A stretch of 64,000 bases of DNA from positions 5,961 to 69,960 of the forward strand of contig JBGSMF010000337.1 in the NCBI GenBank assembly GCA_041740315.1, read 5' to 3'. The notes below the pieces were generated by a model that was given only the letters and a program-made list of their open reading frames with translations, was not told the origin of the DNA and searched no databases. This DNA is from Thermoflexales bacterium. GTDB lineage: Bacteria; Chloroflexota; Anaerolineae; Fen-1058. Below, one piece after another: positions 38,701-45,183 of the stretch. Both the position numbers and the translations under genes were made by a program. Position 1 is the first letter of the stretch. Every line of letters begins with the position of its first letter.

Positions 38701-38873
38701 TATTCGATCGCTTCTTTCGCTCTGATGATGATTATGTGCAAGAATTTGCCGGCACAGGGCTGGGGCTGGCGATTGTCAAACAATTGGTGCAGATGCTTCA
38801 TGGCCAGATTTGGCTGCAAAGCGAGGTGGGTGTGGGCACTACCTTTAGCTTCACTTTGCCGATAGTAGATTGA
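29769..38873 (+). CDS. Giant sensor histidine kinase: TM-Cache-like-TM-HAMP-13xGAF-PAS-HisKA-HATPase_c
   Basis: 3034 aa. HAMP near nt 30835-31010. 13 GAF units, each ending in a (A/N)QAA(V/I)A(I/L)(E/Q)NA(R/Q)LY-type helix. PAS (SILEAVADGVMVAD...). H-box SHELRTPMTSI near nt 38218. G2 box GTGLGLAIV. Confidence 0.9.
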   Translation: MATKSGSNRQHKTFLGLKLGLPFLLMITIVAAVVGFMIWNSYRLQRQTAIESQRQASIQASIQVSSYVSQFQSQLDDAARGLTYAGADPAQQRNFLIAVRGVHSHFYALAVTDHLGQETARVVGTDPEYLTPLRSQGGTIAVNTALEGSFYLGRVYLDNEFNAPFVEMSAPILDANAQVTGTLVAEVDLGNLWDIVSKIQVGRSGEVYQRGKSGYAYIVDGEGRLIAYRENEWVVGSQEKLIKPLQPYLTWVVQSYLKKRAGYLEDTQRVLESSVDDKDQLLGETPALICSLREPQELGERCTINVLSYYRSIPGTDWAVIVEQPTSEVYADVDTLQYLALGLGAIILVIVMGLAWFIQRNVLRPIGLLGEGASALASGQFSRRLRISTGDEIEALADEFNAMAESLQRSQSQLEAFALEKSQQAETAQSRVREMTMLVESGRAITSLDLENVLDSLASESARVTKADQCLIYLRDKRTGDLVARGVWGMGEVEYAAPLKWGESAAGWVASEGRELFLPSVQSDRRFAPKTPTDLLLGSLLALPLVSDGQAIGVLQVATRTGKVKLAAEEKRLIEPFARQAAVAYKNSQLYEEERRRAREMTIIAEITRTISASLDPDKTLDLILQSVRELVPYDAGEVNLWDPRAKLLYTRGRGGSRVEQVSAGVYGLDEGYTGWIARNRQPLLITDVQARTEVLPKIDLQQFPVRAYVGVPLLIGNELVGTLELSSYQADAFNDRHVETLQTIASQAAVTIQNARLYEETRRGAEEMAALREAAVEITSHLESERILIAIVQRATALLKGQSGALYRVDVDRQTLTVVVGYNMPRDVTGSTIRFGEGLAGRVAHKRQPMIVNDYRNWEGRASRYADDPFTAVIGVPLIWQDELIGVLDVLADVEQRKFDEDDTRLITLFAGQAAVALQNATLYEQLIRRMEEMSALHETAVDIASQLDSDQLLETIVRRAVDLLHAKGGSLHRYNLADQTARLIISYNMGRDYRGLVVKKGEGLAGQVLQTGQPLIVNDYKNWSGRSAQFDQANFTAAMGAPLIWQDRMLGMLVVVDEAERRVFNLNDLRLLTLFASQAVVALQNADLFAEAQRRLVELDTLADIGRLFSSTLDMDELMETIYRQLQRVMDAPNFYIALYDHDKKETSFVFELDAGKRVPPNKRQGVYGLSEHVIATRNPLLVRGDRETLLQGLNIEYVGPTSRIWMGAPMIAGQQVIGMMAVQHYQDASVYDDHHLSLLESIANQAAIALENARLFAETGRRVTELDTLADIGRALSATLEVHGLLEVIAEQTARVMYAGNLYIALYYPKTDEIEFALDTRSDMPRTGRRRKLMHGMTEQVIQIRAPLFMRGDVSKQMAELGIEMFGTPAAAWIGVPLLIGERVLGVLSVQHYTDSDAYDQGHVSLLQSIANQAAIALENARLFSETQRRLAELATLTDIGQALSSTLQVDQLLQLIYEQTRRVMYAEKMFVALYDAARHEVEFPFSRIPDEIPPGSRRAADVGVTGYIIRNRKSVLMRSDAALVAEQMGIKDSGPPSSSWLGVPMLIGERMLGVIAVQHYTDPDMYDESHRVLLETIASQAAFALENARLYQVTDVRLQQRVDELTGLAKISQEINATFDDKRIFELVLDEAVRATRAQYGTIHLLDVGTGDLVVGAALGYEPEAAETIAGARARYGVGIIGRVVETGKPALVNDVSQDPHYLRVLPDSQSELCVPISYAGSVVGAINLESAEAGHFTSEQLEYLQALASQAAIAIGNAQRYEEQKQAAVLLRRRAEQLGTLFEISQAFRSDRPLEEILDEVAYAIQEAVGFDIVMISVVEGDPPTQRRVAAAGVPIAAFEQLKTVRQPWRFIEDLLRDEFRISQSYYVPVERREARAALDVYDSSGSDARALREPGRWHPHDMLFIPLRGAQERILGMMSVDAPRDGAVPSRATIETLEVFANQAAVAIENAQLYADLRQRVNELMLFNEVSRSISGKLEMESLLATLVEAAAALLHSKHSTIFLFEEAENVLVPRKAHGFALEQIAHLRFAPGEGVAGWVAAEKRGVVVSDASSDPRFVYDPTAADVRSIVAAPLMVGENVIGAIAADKEEVGGFTETDLVLLSTLGDQAAIALENARLYQETQQRVNELSLLYKTGEAVSATLEIEGTLDVALEGVSEGLDFDFVVISLVDERAGEVRAVRGVGVSEDQLRQARRRLDDTDIMADIIRTGKTEVIEGWDERFDREMFEREGHAALVRVFTPLVAHNHNIGLVEAGYRRERRERVAEHEIRLLRALTDRIAAAIENAQLYKETLDRTRELSALLDASSAIAASLELTDVLTALADHLTQVVGVEGCTLSRWDRDKRGVVTLVDRSAHMAGPDASGTLYRLQDYPLTARVLEVRQPAIVYVDDPQADQREVAFLKQEGSEALLMLPLVARDEVFGLIELSSNAPGHRFSEANIRMAQTLADQAGVAISNAGLYEEIRGFTQQLERRVQERTEDLRQALDQLTVERDRVETLFRITSELQASLDLDRVLNRALTLVNENIHATRAQVLLIDQQTDALICRAAIDPERTIPPGGAQTLLRRNEGLVGWAIRRRKSAIVPDVHKDPYWVREEAGPRAEASSALVVPLMVADDVLGTLLMTHPELAHFNEAHLRLVEAAAAQVATAINNSELYRMIRESAERLGQMLRSQQEEASKSQSILEAVADGVMVADRRGRVILFNAAAERILSLKRDELVGRPTDDLLGLYGAAGGAWANVLRDWSTSARTRTEMPSLEQRLQIEDRHVRVHVAPVMMGDEYLGTVSVFRDVTKEVEVDRAKSDFVSTVSHELRTPMTSIKGYADLLMLGAAGAMSDDQRHFLNIIKSNADRLSELVRDLLNISRIESGRVELDIKPLRLDALIDQVVTSLRGKMEEKGLSLSVDVPPDLPAVNGDNDRVIQILTNLVSNAYQYTQPGGAITVAARVAGDMVQTDVIDTGVGIAPEDQAKVFDRFFRSDDDYVQEFAGTGLGLAIVKQLVQMLHGQIWLQSEVGVGTTFSFTLPIVD

Positions 38874-38879
38874 TATTGT

Positions 38880-38976
38880 CCATAGGACGGCTATGGCCGC
38901 GGGAATTTTCTTTTCGGCCTTGCTACCGCCAACTTGCAGGGCCTGGGTGCGGCTAAAATCCCGAAGCCGGGATAAC
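38880..38976 (+). repeat. ~95-nt structured intergenic repeat, copy C
   Basis: Fills the kinase/anti-sigma-like-kinase intergenic gap. Hairpins keep pairing through changed bases (GGCCTTGC...GCAGGGCC; ATCCCGaagcCGGGAT). Confidence 0.75.
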
Positions 38977-39471
38977 ATGAGGGCATCTTTCGCCGGAGTA
39001 ATAGTGGAATCAAAGGTTAAAGAGACCGAAACTTTGCTGGTGCAAAGCGAAGCAGATATTTATGCGGCAATTGGTCAGGGCCGGTTGCTGGCTGGCAAGA
39101 TTGGATTTGAGCATATTGACCAGACTAGGCTAGAGACGATTATTGCCGAATTGGCGCGCAATGCGTTGATGCATGGCGGCGGCGGCACTGTCACTTTGCG
39201 ATGGATAGAGCGCAATACTTTGTCCAAGGGCAAAGTTCAGGTTGGCCTTGAGATTGTAGTTGAAGATTACGGCTCCGGCATTGCAGACTTGGCCCAGGCA
39301 CTGGCTGGTGGGCATAGCACCGTGGGGGGATTGGGCGTAGGCATTCCCTCGGTGCGCCGGCTGGCTGATGAATTTGCCATTGACAGTGCGCCAGGGCGAG
39401 GGACGCGGGTGCGCACGTGCAAATGGGTGCGCGTGTCACGCTCTTGCGAAGCTGGTGATCAATCGCGATAA
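38977..39471 (+). CDS. RsbT/RsbW-like serine protein kinase (HATPase_c_2), extra paralogue
   Basis: LLVQSEADIYAAIGQGRLLAGKIGF...ELARNALMHGGGG...DYGSGIADL...GGLGVGIPSVRRLADEF. Start uncertain: ATG 38977 abuts the repeat, while GTG 39004 has GGAG 5 nt upstream. Confidence 0.7.
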   Translation: MRASFAGVIVESKVKETETLLVQSEADIYAAIGQGRLLAGKIGFEHIDQTRLETIIAELARNALMHGGGGTVTLRWIERNTLSKGKVQVGLEIVVEDYGSGIADLAQALAGGHSTVGGLGVGIPSVRRLADEFAIDSAPGRGTRVRTCKWVRVSRSCEAGDQSR

Positions 39472-39513
39472 GCGAGGGCCATCGGCGCTAATCAAACGGC
39501 AAGTGATAGACAA

Positions 39514-41601
39514 GTGATGAAGGCAAAACGTTCGAGTTCGGCAGATATATCCAGCGCCAATGTGCAGCCCGAAGGGCAGTTGGAGCGGCGCTTGGACATG
39601 CTGGAAAGCATGGCCAGTATATTTGGCGTGATGCATCGCGGGCAAGATATTTACGAGCATATTTGCCATGAGGTGGTTGACTGGTTAGGCGTAGAGATGT
39701 GCGCTGTCTTGCTCTACGATCCGGTTCGGCAAGGCCTGGCGGGCCATGTGTCGGCTATCGGCGTGAGTGACGACGATTTGCAGAGTTATTTCATACCGCT
39801 AGGCCCTAATAGCCCGGTGCGCCAGTTGTGGGAAAGTGGCGCCTCTTACAAATCAGATAACGTGCTCACCGACCCGATAGTGCATGCTTTGGGGTTAGAC
39901 GAATTTGCTCGTAAGGTGGGCGTGCGCCAGACGATGCTGGTTGGCATCAAGCTGGAAGATGATCTAATTGGAGCAATCCAGCCATCGAACAAGTGTGATG
40001 GGTCGCCGTTTACTGATAGCGACGTGCGCCTGTTGAGCATTTATGCCAGTCAGGTGGCGGTAGCTATTGCGAACCAGCGTTTGTATCAGGGCACACTGGC
40101 AGAGCGTGACAAACTGAGCCGCTTGCACCAAGTGGCCTTGGCTGTGCAGCGGGCCCCGTCGCTCATCGAAAAGCTGCGCCGAATCGCCGAGGGTATTCGC
40201 GAGACTGGTTGGCGGCGTGTGGTTATTTCATTGTGCGATGAGAACCTGGATATGACTGAAATGATTTCGGCGGGGTTATCGCCCGATGAAGAGCAGTCGT
40301 TGCGCCACAGCGCAACGTTGATGGAACATTGGCGGCGTTGGTTGAGCGGACGGCTGGAATCGGCCCGGATGGGCCAGAGTTATTTTGTGCCGTTCCAATC
40401 ACAGGGCGAAGCAGAGCGCGCCGGCGGGGGAGATGATTCTTGGGCGGAAGGAGATGTGTTATTCATTCCAGTGCGTGACCAGATGGGGCGGGTAGCTTGC
40501 ATTATCAATTTGGACGCCCCGCTGGATGGATGCCGCCCAACCTTGGAAAGTCTGCGGATGGTCGAGTTGTTTGCTCAGGAGGCAGCGGCGAATATTGAAA
40601 CGGCCCAATTGTACCAGGCATTGCAAGACCAAATCATTGTGTTGGGTGATCGCGCTCAGCGCCTGGCTTTGCTCAATCGCATCTCGGGTATGGTGGGGGC
40701 AACCCTGGATTTGCGCGCTATGCTGTCGAATGTCAGCGAGCAGGTGACCGAGGCCTTTGCGATTGATCACTGCACAGTTGTGCTGTACGATCACGATAAC
40801 CGGGTGGGCAGCTGTGTGGCCGAGTATCCTGAACGCGGCATGGCCGGTTTTTCAATGTCGCTGGCGGATAGCTTGGTCATTCAAGATTTGTATGCATCGG
40901 CGGCGCCTGTGCTGGTCAACTTGTTGACGAGCGGGGCTGTGCTGGGAGCCGAGATGCAACGCTGGCTGGGGCGATGGGGCGTGGAATCGGTCTTGTTGGT
41001 GCCTTTGATGTCGCCCGGCCGCCTGGCGGGTTGGTTTGGATTGAACTTTATCAATCGCCAGCGCATGTTCTCGGCTGACCAGGTGGAGCTATGTCAAACC
41101 ATCGCCAACCAAACCGCCGCCGCGGTTGAGAATGCCCGCCTGTTCGAACGAGTGCAGAGCGCCTTGCACGAATTAGAGGCCACCAACCGCACCCAGGCTC
41201 AATTATTGGCCACAGTGCAGGAACTCTCTACGCCGGTCGTGCCGGTGCTAGATGATATTTTGATCTTGCCATTGATTGGGTTCATTGACAGCGACCGTGC
41301 CCAACGCGTGATGGAGGGTTTGCTGGCTGGCCTCGAACAGACGCGCGCCCAGGTGGTATTGTTGGATGTGACGGGGGTGCCGGTGGTAGACAGCGGCGTG
41401 GCCGACCACCTCATGCGCGCCGCGCGCGCCGCGCAGTTATTGGGCGCGCACCTGGTGCTGGTGGGCATCCGGCCCGAAGTCGCCCAGACCATTGTGGGCC
41501 TTGGGGTGCACATGAGCGATATTGCCACGCGCAGCGATTTGCGGAGCGGGCTAGAATATGCCCTGGCCATCACCCGGCGCAAGATTGTGCCGGTGGGCTA
41601 G
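39514..41601 (+). CDS. rsbR: RsbR-like stressosome sensor: multiple GAF domains + C-terminal STAS
   Basis: 695 aa; GAF-type ...ASQVAVAIANQRLY and ...IANQTAAAVENARLF helices. C-terminal STAS LSTPVVPVLDDILILPLIGFIDSDRAQRVME...VLLDVTGVPVVDSGVADHLMRAARAAQLLGAHLVLVGIRPEVAQTIV. Confidence 0.7.
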   Translation: MMKAKRSSSADISSANVQPEGQLERRLDMLESMASIFGVMHRGQDIYEHICHEVVDWLGVEMCAVLLYDPVRQGLAGHVSAIGVSDDDLQSYFIPLGPNSPVRQLWESGASYKSDNVLTDPIVHALGLDEFARKVGVRQTMLVGIKLEDDLIGAIQPSNKCDGSPFTDSDVRLLSIYASQVAVAIANQRLYQGTLAERDKLSRLHQVALAVQRAPSLIEKLRRIAEGIRETGWRRVVISLCDENLDMTEMISAGLSPDEEQSLRHSATLMEHWRRWLSGRLESARMGQSYFVPFQSQGEAERAGGGDDSWAEGDVLFIPVRDQMGRVACIINLDAPLDGCRPTLESLRMVELFAQEAAANIETAQLYQALQDQIIVLGDRAQRLALLNRISGMVGATLDLRAMLSNVSEQVTEAFAIDHCTVVLYDHDNRVGSCVAEYPERGMAGFSMSLADSLVIQDLYASAAPVLVNLLTSGAVLGAEMQRWLGRWGVESVLLVPLMSPGRLAGWFGLNFINRQRMFSADQVELCQTIANQTAAAVENARLFERVQSALHELEATNRTQAQLLATVQELSTPVVPVLDDILILPLIGFIDSDRAQRVMEGLLAGLEQTRAQVVLLDVTGVPVVDSGVADHLMRAARAAQLLGAHLVLVGIRPEVAQTIVGLGVHMSDIATRSDLRSGLEYALAITRRKIVPVG

Positions 41602-41655
41602 CCAGGGGCGAGTTTGAAGGGGCTTGCTATCCGGAAAGATTGAGGCAGTGCAGAG

Positions 41656-42030
41656 ATGGAATTGGTGCGTATCCCGATCTTGCAAATTGAAGATTATCTG
41701 GTGGCTTCTATCCAAATGCCACTGCACGACACGCAGGCCGAGCAATTTAAGGACGATTTGTTGCAGCGTATCTACGACACCAAATCGCGCGGCCTGGTGC
41801 TAGATTTGACCGCCATTGATATAGTGGATTCGTTTATGGCGCGCATTGTGGGTGATGTGGCCGAGATGGCCGGCTTGATGGGCGCGCGCGTGGTGGTGAC
41901 CGGGCTGCAGCCGGCGGTAGCCATCACCTTGGTGGAATTGGGCGTCGAGTTGCGTAACGTGGTCACAGCGTTGAATCTTGAACGCGGCATCTTGGCGCTA
42001 CGCAAGCAAAGAGTGGCGGAGCAGGGTTAA
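41656..42030 (+). CDS. rsbS: RsbS-like STAS-domain stressosome scaffold protein
   Basis: 124 aa; full-length resemblance to B. subtilis RsbS (recalled sequence), including the phospho-Ser context DLTAIDIVDSFMARIVGDV and VVVTGLQPAVAITLVELG. Confidence 0.8.
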   Translation: MELVRIPILQIEDYLVASIQMPLHDTQAEQFKDDLLQRIYDTKSRGLVLDLTAIDIVDSFMARIVGDVAEMAGLMGARVVVTGLQPAVAITLVELGVELRNVVTALNLERGILALRKQRVAEQG

Positions 42031-42431
42031 TGCCTGAGGCCAGACAGATCGTCATCAACAATGATCTGGATATTGTGACGGCCCGCGTGGAGGGTCGCAA
42101 CTTGGCCCGCATGCTTGGCTTTGGAGTGATTGATCAGGCGCGCATTGCCACGGCTATTTCAGAGCTGGCGCGCAACATTGTCTTGTACGCCAAATCTGGC
42201 ACCCTGCTGGTGCGCCTGGCTGACAACGAACGCCAGCGGGGCATCGAGATTATTTGTAGCGATAACGGGCCGGGCATTGCCGATGTTGCGCTGGTCATGC
42301 GAGATGGGTACAGCTCGCACCGCGGCTTGGGAATGGGCTTGCCTGGCACCAAGCGCCTGATGGATGAATTTGAGATCGAGTCGCGTCCCGGGATTGGCAC
42401 AACGGTAACGGTGCGCAAGTGGTTGAGATAA
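42030..42431 (+). CDS. rsbT: RsbT-like serine kinase
   Basis: 133 aa; start overlaps the rsbS stop (TAATG); ISELARNIVLYAKSG...DNGPGIADV...GLGMGLPGTKRLMDEFEI. Confidence 0.8.
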   Translation: MPEARQIVINNDLDIVTARVEGRNLARMLGFGVIDQARIATAISELARNIVLYAKSGTLLVRLADNERQRGIEIICSDNGPGIADVALVMRDGYSSHRGLGMGLPGTKRLMDEFEIESRPGIGTTVTVRKWLR

Positions 42432-42464
42432 ATCCAGGCCCAGCGCCAGATGTGAAATGAGCTG

Positions 42465-43034
42465 TTGATGCAGTATGGAATAGTGTTTCGTCCAAAGCGA
42501 GGACAAGATATTTCAGGCGATGCCTATCTGATTGTAGAGGTGTATGGAGCGCATTTGATAGCGGTGGCAGATGGGTTGGGGTCGGGTGAAGAAGCCGCCC
42601 AGGCAGCACGCTTGGCCATGGCGACAGTGGGCGAGCATGCCTGGGCCAATTTGCCAGATATCTTGCAGTGGTGCCACCTGGCGCTGCGCGGCACGCGGGG
42701 GGCGGTGATGGGCTTGTTAAAAATTGAAACTGAGGGTCGGCAAGTGAGCTATGCGGGCGTTGGCAATATTGACCTTCGTAGCCACAGCGCCAGCGGGTTT
42801 CGTCCCTTCAATGCCTATGGGATTATCGGCAGTCGGCTGCCCGATGTGCGCACCTTTGTGGGGGACTATGAACCTGGCGATTTGTTTGTGCTGAGCACTG
42901 ATGGGATTACCCGTCAGTTCAATCTGGACAAATTGCCAGCAGTGCGTGGTCAATCACCACAATCGTTGGCTCAACAGATCGTGGCGAGCTTTGGCCGCCA
43001 AGAAGATGATATGACGGTTTTGGTGATTGCTTGA
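42465..43034 (+). CDS. rsbX: RsbX-like PP2C/SpoIIE-family serine phosphatase
   Basis: 189 aa; ISGDAYL...IAVADGLGSGEEAAQAA...YAGVGNI...LSTDGI..., resembling RsbX (recalled sequence). Confidence 0.75.
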   Translation: MMQYGIVFRPKRGQDISGDAYLIVEVYGAHLIAVADGLGSGEEAAQAARLAMATVGEHAWANLPDILQWCHLALRGTRGAVMGLLKIETEGRQVSYAGVGNIDLRSHSASGFRPFNAYGIIGSRLPDVRTFVGDYEPGDLFVLSTDGITRQFNLDKLPAVRGQSPQSLAQQIVASFGRQEDDMTVLVIA

Positions 43035-43092
43035 TTGCGCATGATGGCAGCCCCAGGCAGTTGTCATGCAATCTGTGACGAAAGAGGTGAGT

Positions 43093-43473
43093 ATGGCCAA
43101 GATATTAATTGCAGAAGATGAAAAGGACATCCGCGAGTTGGTAACTTTTACTTTGCGTGGCCTGGGCAAATACGAGGTGGTGCAAGCAGTGAATGGCGCT
43201 GACGCAGTTGAAAAGGCCCAGGCTGAAAAGCCCGATCTTATTTTGATGGATGGGCGCATGCCGCGCATGACGGGCTATGAGGCGTGCGCCAAGCTCAAGG
43301 AGATTGAGGCGACCAAGGATATCCCGGTGATTTTTCTGTCGGCCAAAGGCCAAGAGTCGGAAATTCAACAAGGCATGGCAGTGGGCGCTTTCGAGTATAT
43401 TCTCAAGCCATTTGCTCCCGATGAACTGGTAACCCGCGTGCGAGAGATTTTAAAGCAGCATGGCATCAGTTGA
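43093..43473 (+). CDS. Stand-alone CheY-like response-regulator receiver
   Basis: MAKILIAEDEKDIRELV...DLILMDGRMPRMTGYE...PVIFLSAKG; track start 43066 is over-extended (GAGGTG RBS before ATG 43093). Confidence 0.85.
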   Translation: MAKILIAEDEKDIRELVTFTLRGLGKYEVVQAVNGADAVEKAQAEKPDLILMDGRMPRMTGYEACAKLKEIEATKDIPVIFLSAKGQESEIQQGMAVGAFEYILKPFAPDELVTRVREILKQHGIS

Positions 43474-43492
43474 TCTTGGGTTGGGTAACTTG

Positions 43493-43584
43493 TGGCTATA
43501 GCCGTAGGAATTTACTTTTTGGCCTTGCTGCCGTCAACTTGCAAGGTTGGAGCGCAGCTAAAATCCTGGTGGAGCTGGGATAAC
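43493..43584 (+). repeat. ~95-nt structured intergenic repeat, copy D
   Basis: ggctatagccgtaggaatttactttttggCCTTGCtgccgtcaacttGCAAGGttggagcgcagctaaaATCCTGGtggagCTGGGATaac. Preceded by ttgggtaacttgt, which resembles the 3' end of another copy. Confidence 0.75.
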
Positions 43585-43627
43585 TTGTCCTGCCAAGGCG
43601 GCGGGGCGGATAGTAAAGGGATAGAGT

Positions 43628-44416
43628 ATGAGCGCGATTATCATTGACAGCGGATTAGTACACTATGAAGCTCTAGGTCGCGGCAAGCCGGTGATTTTCG
43701 TGCACGGTTGGCTGGGGTCGTGGCGGTATTGGATGCCGACGATGGAAGTGGCTTCCGATAGATACCGCACCTACGCGTTAGACCTGTGGGGGTTTGGCGA
43801 CAGTGACAAGTCGCCCAGTCGCTACGACATTGATGCCTATGTCAACCTGCTGGGCGCTTTCATGGATAGCCTGGGTATTGTCCGTGCGCCGATTGTCGGC
43901 CATGCGCTGGGCGCTATTGCGGCTGTGTTGCTGGCAGAGCGACAGCCAGAGAAGGTAGATCGCCTGATGGCAGTGAGTTTGCCTGTGGTGGGCACTGCCG
44001 TTAACCGCAAACTATCTACCGGCAACGATAATGTGCTAGATCGCATGATTGGCCGCCGCCAGGCCCAGGCCAGCTATCCCGATGTGGCGGTAGAGGCCGA
44101 CAAGGCCGATATCAACGCGGTGACGCTCAGCGCCCGCGCGTCGGGCGCGCTTGACTTGCGCGCTACTCTGGAATCGAGAGAGATTTCCACCCTGATTGTC
44201 CACGGCGAAAAGGACCCCATCATTACATCGCCGCAAAACGAGTGGTTGCAAAATATGGATGAAGAATTTGTGCGGCCCATACTCTTGAAAGACTCGCTGC
44301 ATTTCCCAATGATTGACGAGGCCAACAAGTTTCAACGCCTGTTGAAGGATTTCTTGGAAATGGCCGACCTGAATGCGCTGGAATTGAAGGAGGAGTGGCG
44401 CAGGCGCAGCCATTAG
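43628..44416 (+). CDS. Alpha/beta-fold hydrolase paralogue lacking the nucleophile serine (GHALGA)
   Basis: 262 aa, alignable along its length with 23379-24164. The nucleophile elbow reads VGHALGAIA (codon GCG = Ala) where the paralogue has GHSMGG; His context LHFPMIDEA is retained. Confidence 0.8.
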   Translation: MSAIIIDSGLVHYEALGRGKPVIFVHGWLGSWRYWMPTMEVASDRYRTYALDLWGFGDSDKSPSRYDIDAYVNLLGAFMDSLGIVRAPIVGHALGAIAAVLLAERQPEKVDRLMAVSLPVVGTAVNRKLSTGNDNVLDRMIGRRQAQASYPDVAVEADKADINAVTLSARASGALDLRATLESREISTLIVHGEKDPIITSPQNEWLQNMDEEFVRPILLKDSLHFPMIDEANKFQRLLKDFLEMADLNALELKEEWRRRSH

Positions 44417-44445
44417 GTTGTAGGTTGGCCGCAAGGGCATCCCCC

Positions 44446-44495
44446 AAACCCGTTTTTTTCCTGGTGGAGCAGGCTGAGAAAACGGGTTTCTTTTT
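44446..44495 (+). terminator. Intrinsic terminator
   Basis: AAACCCGTTTT...AAAACGGGTTT 11-bp stem followed by CTTTTT. Confidence 0.6.
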
Positions 44496-44512
44496 GGTCA
44501 AAAGGCAGCACG

Positions 44513-45127
44513 ATGACAATGACAATGATGGCGAGAGCAGTTATTTTTGATTGGGGCGGCGTGCTGATGCGCACGGTTGATGAGCAGCCGCGCCGCGCGC
44601 TTGAAGCGCAGTATGGCCTGGCACAAGGCAGTGTAGAAAAGCTGGTTTTTGGCAGCCCGCTGTGGGGACGTTGCCAAAAGGGCGAATTGAGCGATGAGGA
44701 ATTTTGGGCCAAGTGGGGACAGCAGCGCGGTCTTGCCTCTGAAGCAACAACCGACTTGCGCCGCCGATTTTTTATTGGTGACCAATTGGATGAGGCGCTG
44801 GTGGTCTTTATCCGCTCGCTGCGCCCCAGGCTCAAGACAGCCTTGTTATCCAACTTTTCAGCCTGCCTGCGAGACTTGCTGGCAGAATACAACCTGGGCG
44901 ATGCCTTTGACGCGGTTGTTATCTCGGCAGAAGAGGGCGTGGTCAAGCCAGAGGCGCGCATTTACCAGATTGCCTGCCAGCGCCTGAATGTGCTGCCCAG
45001 CCAGGCGGTGTTGGTGGATGATTTTATAGAAAACGTCGAGGGTGCGCGGCGGGCCGGGCTGGGCGCTATCCACTTTGTGTCTGCCGCGCAGGCAATTGCG
45101 GCACTGCGGCAAATGTTTGACATGTAA
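44513..45127 (+). CDS. HAD-superfamily hydrolase (subfamily IA-like)
   Basis: 204 aa; AVIFDWGGVLM motif I region, SNFS, DDFIENVEGARRAGL motif IV region. Confidence 0.6.
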   Translation: MTMTMMARAVIFDWGGVLMRTVDEQPRRALEAQYGLAQGSVEKLVFGSPLWGRCQKGELSDEEFWAKWGQQRGLASEATTDLRRRFFIGDQLDEALVVFIRSLRPRLKTALLSNFSACLRDLLAEYNLGDAFDAVVISAEEGVVKPEARIYQIACQRLNVLPSQAVLVDDFIENVEGARRAGLGAIHFVSAAQAIAALRQMFDM

Positions 45128-45183
45128 GGTGCTTGCTGTAAGCGGGGTGAGCGGTTATAATACGTTTGAAAGGTGAGGCAGAG

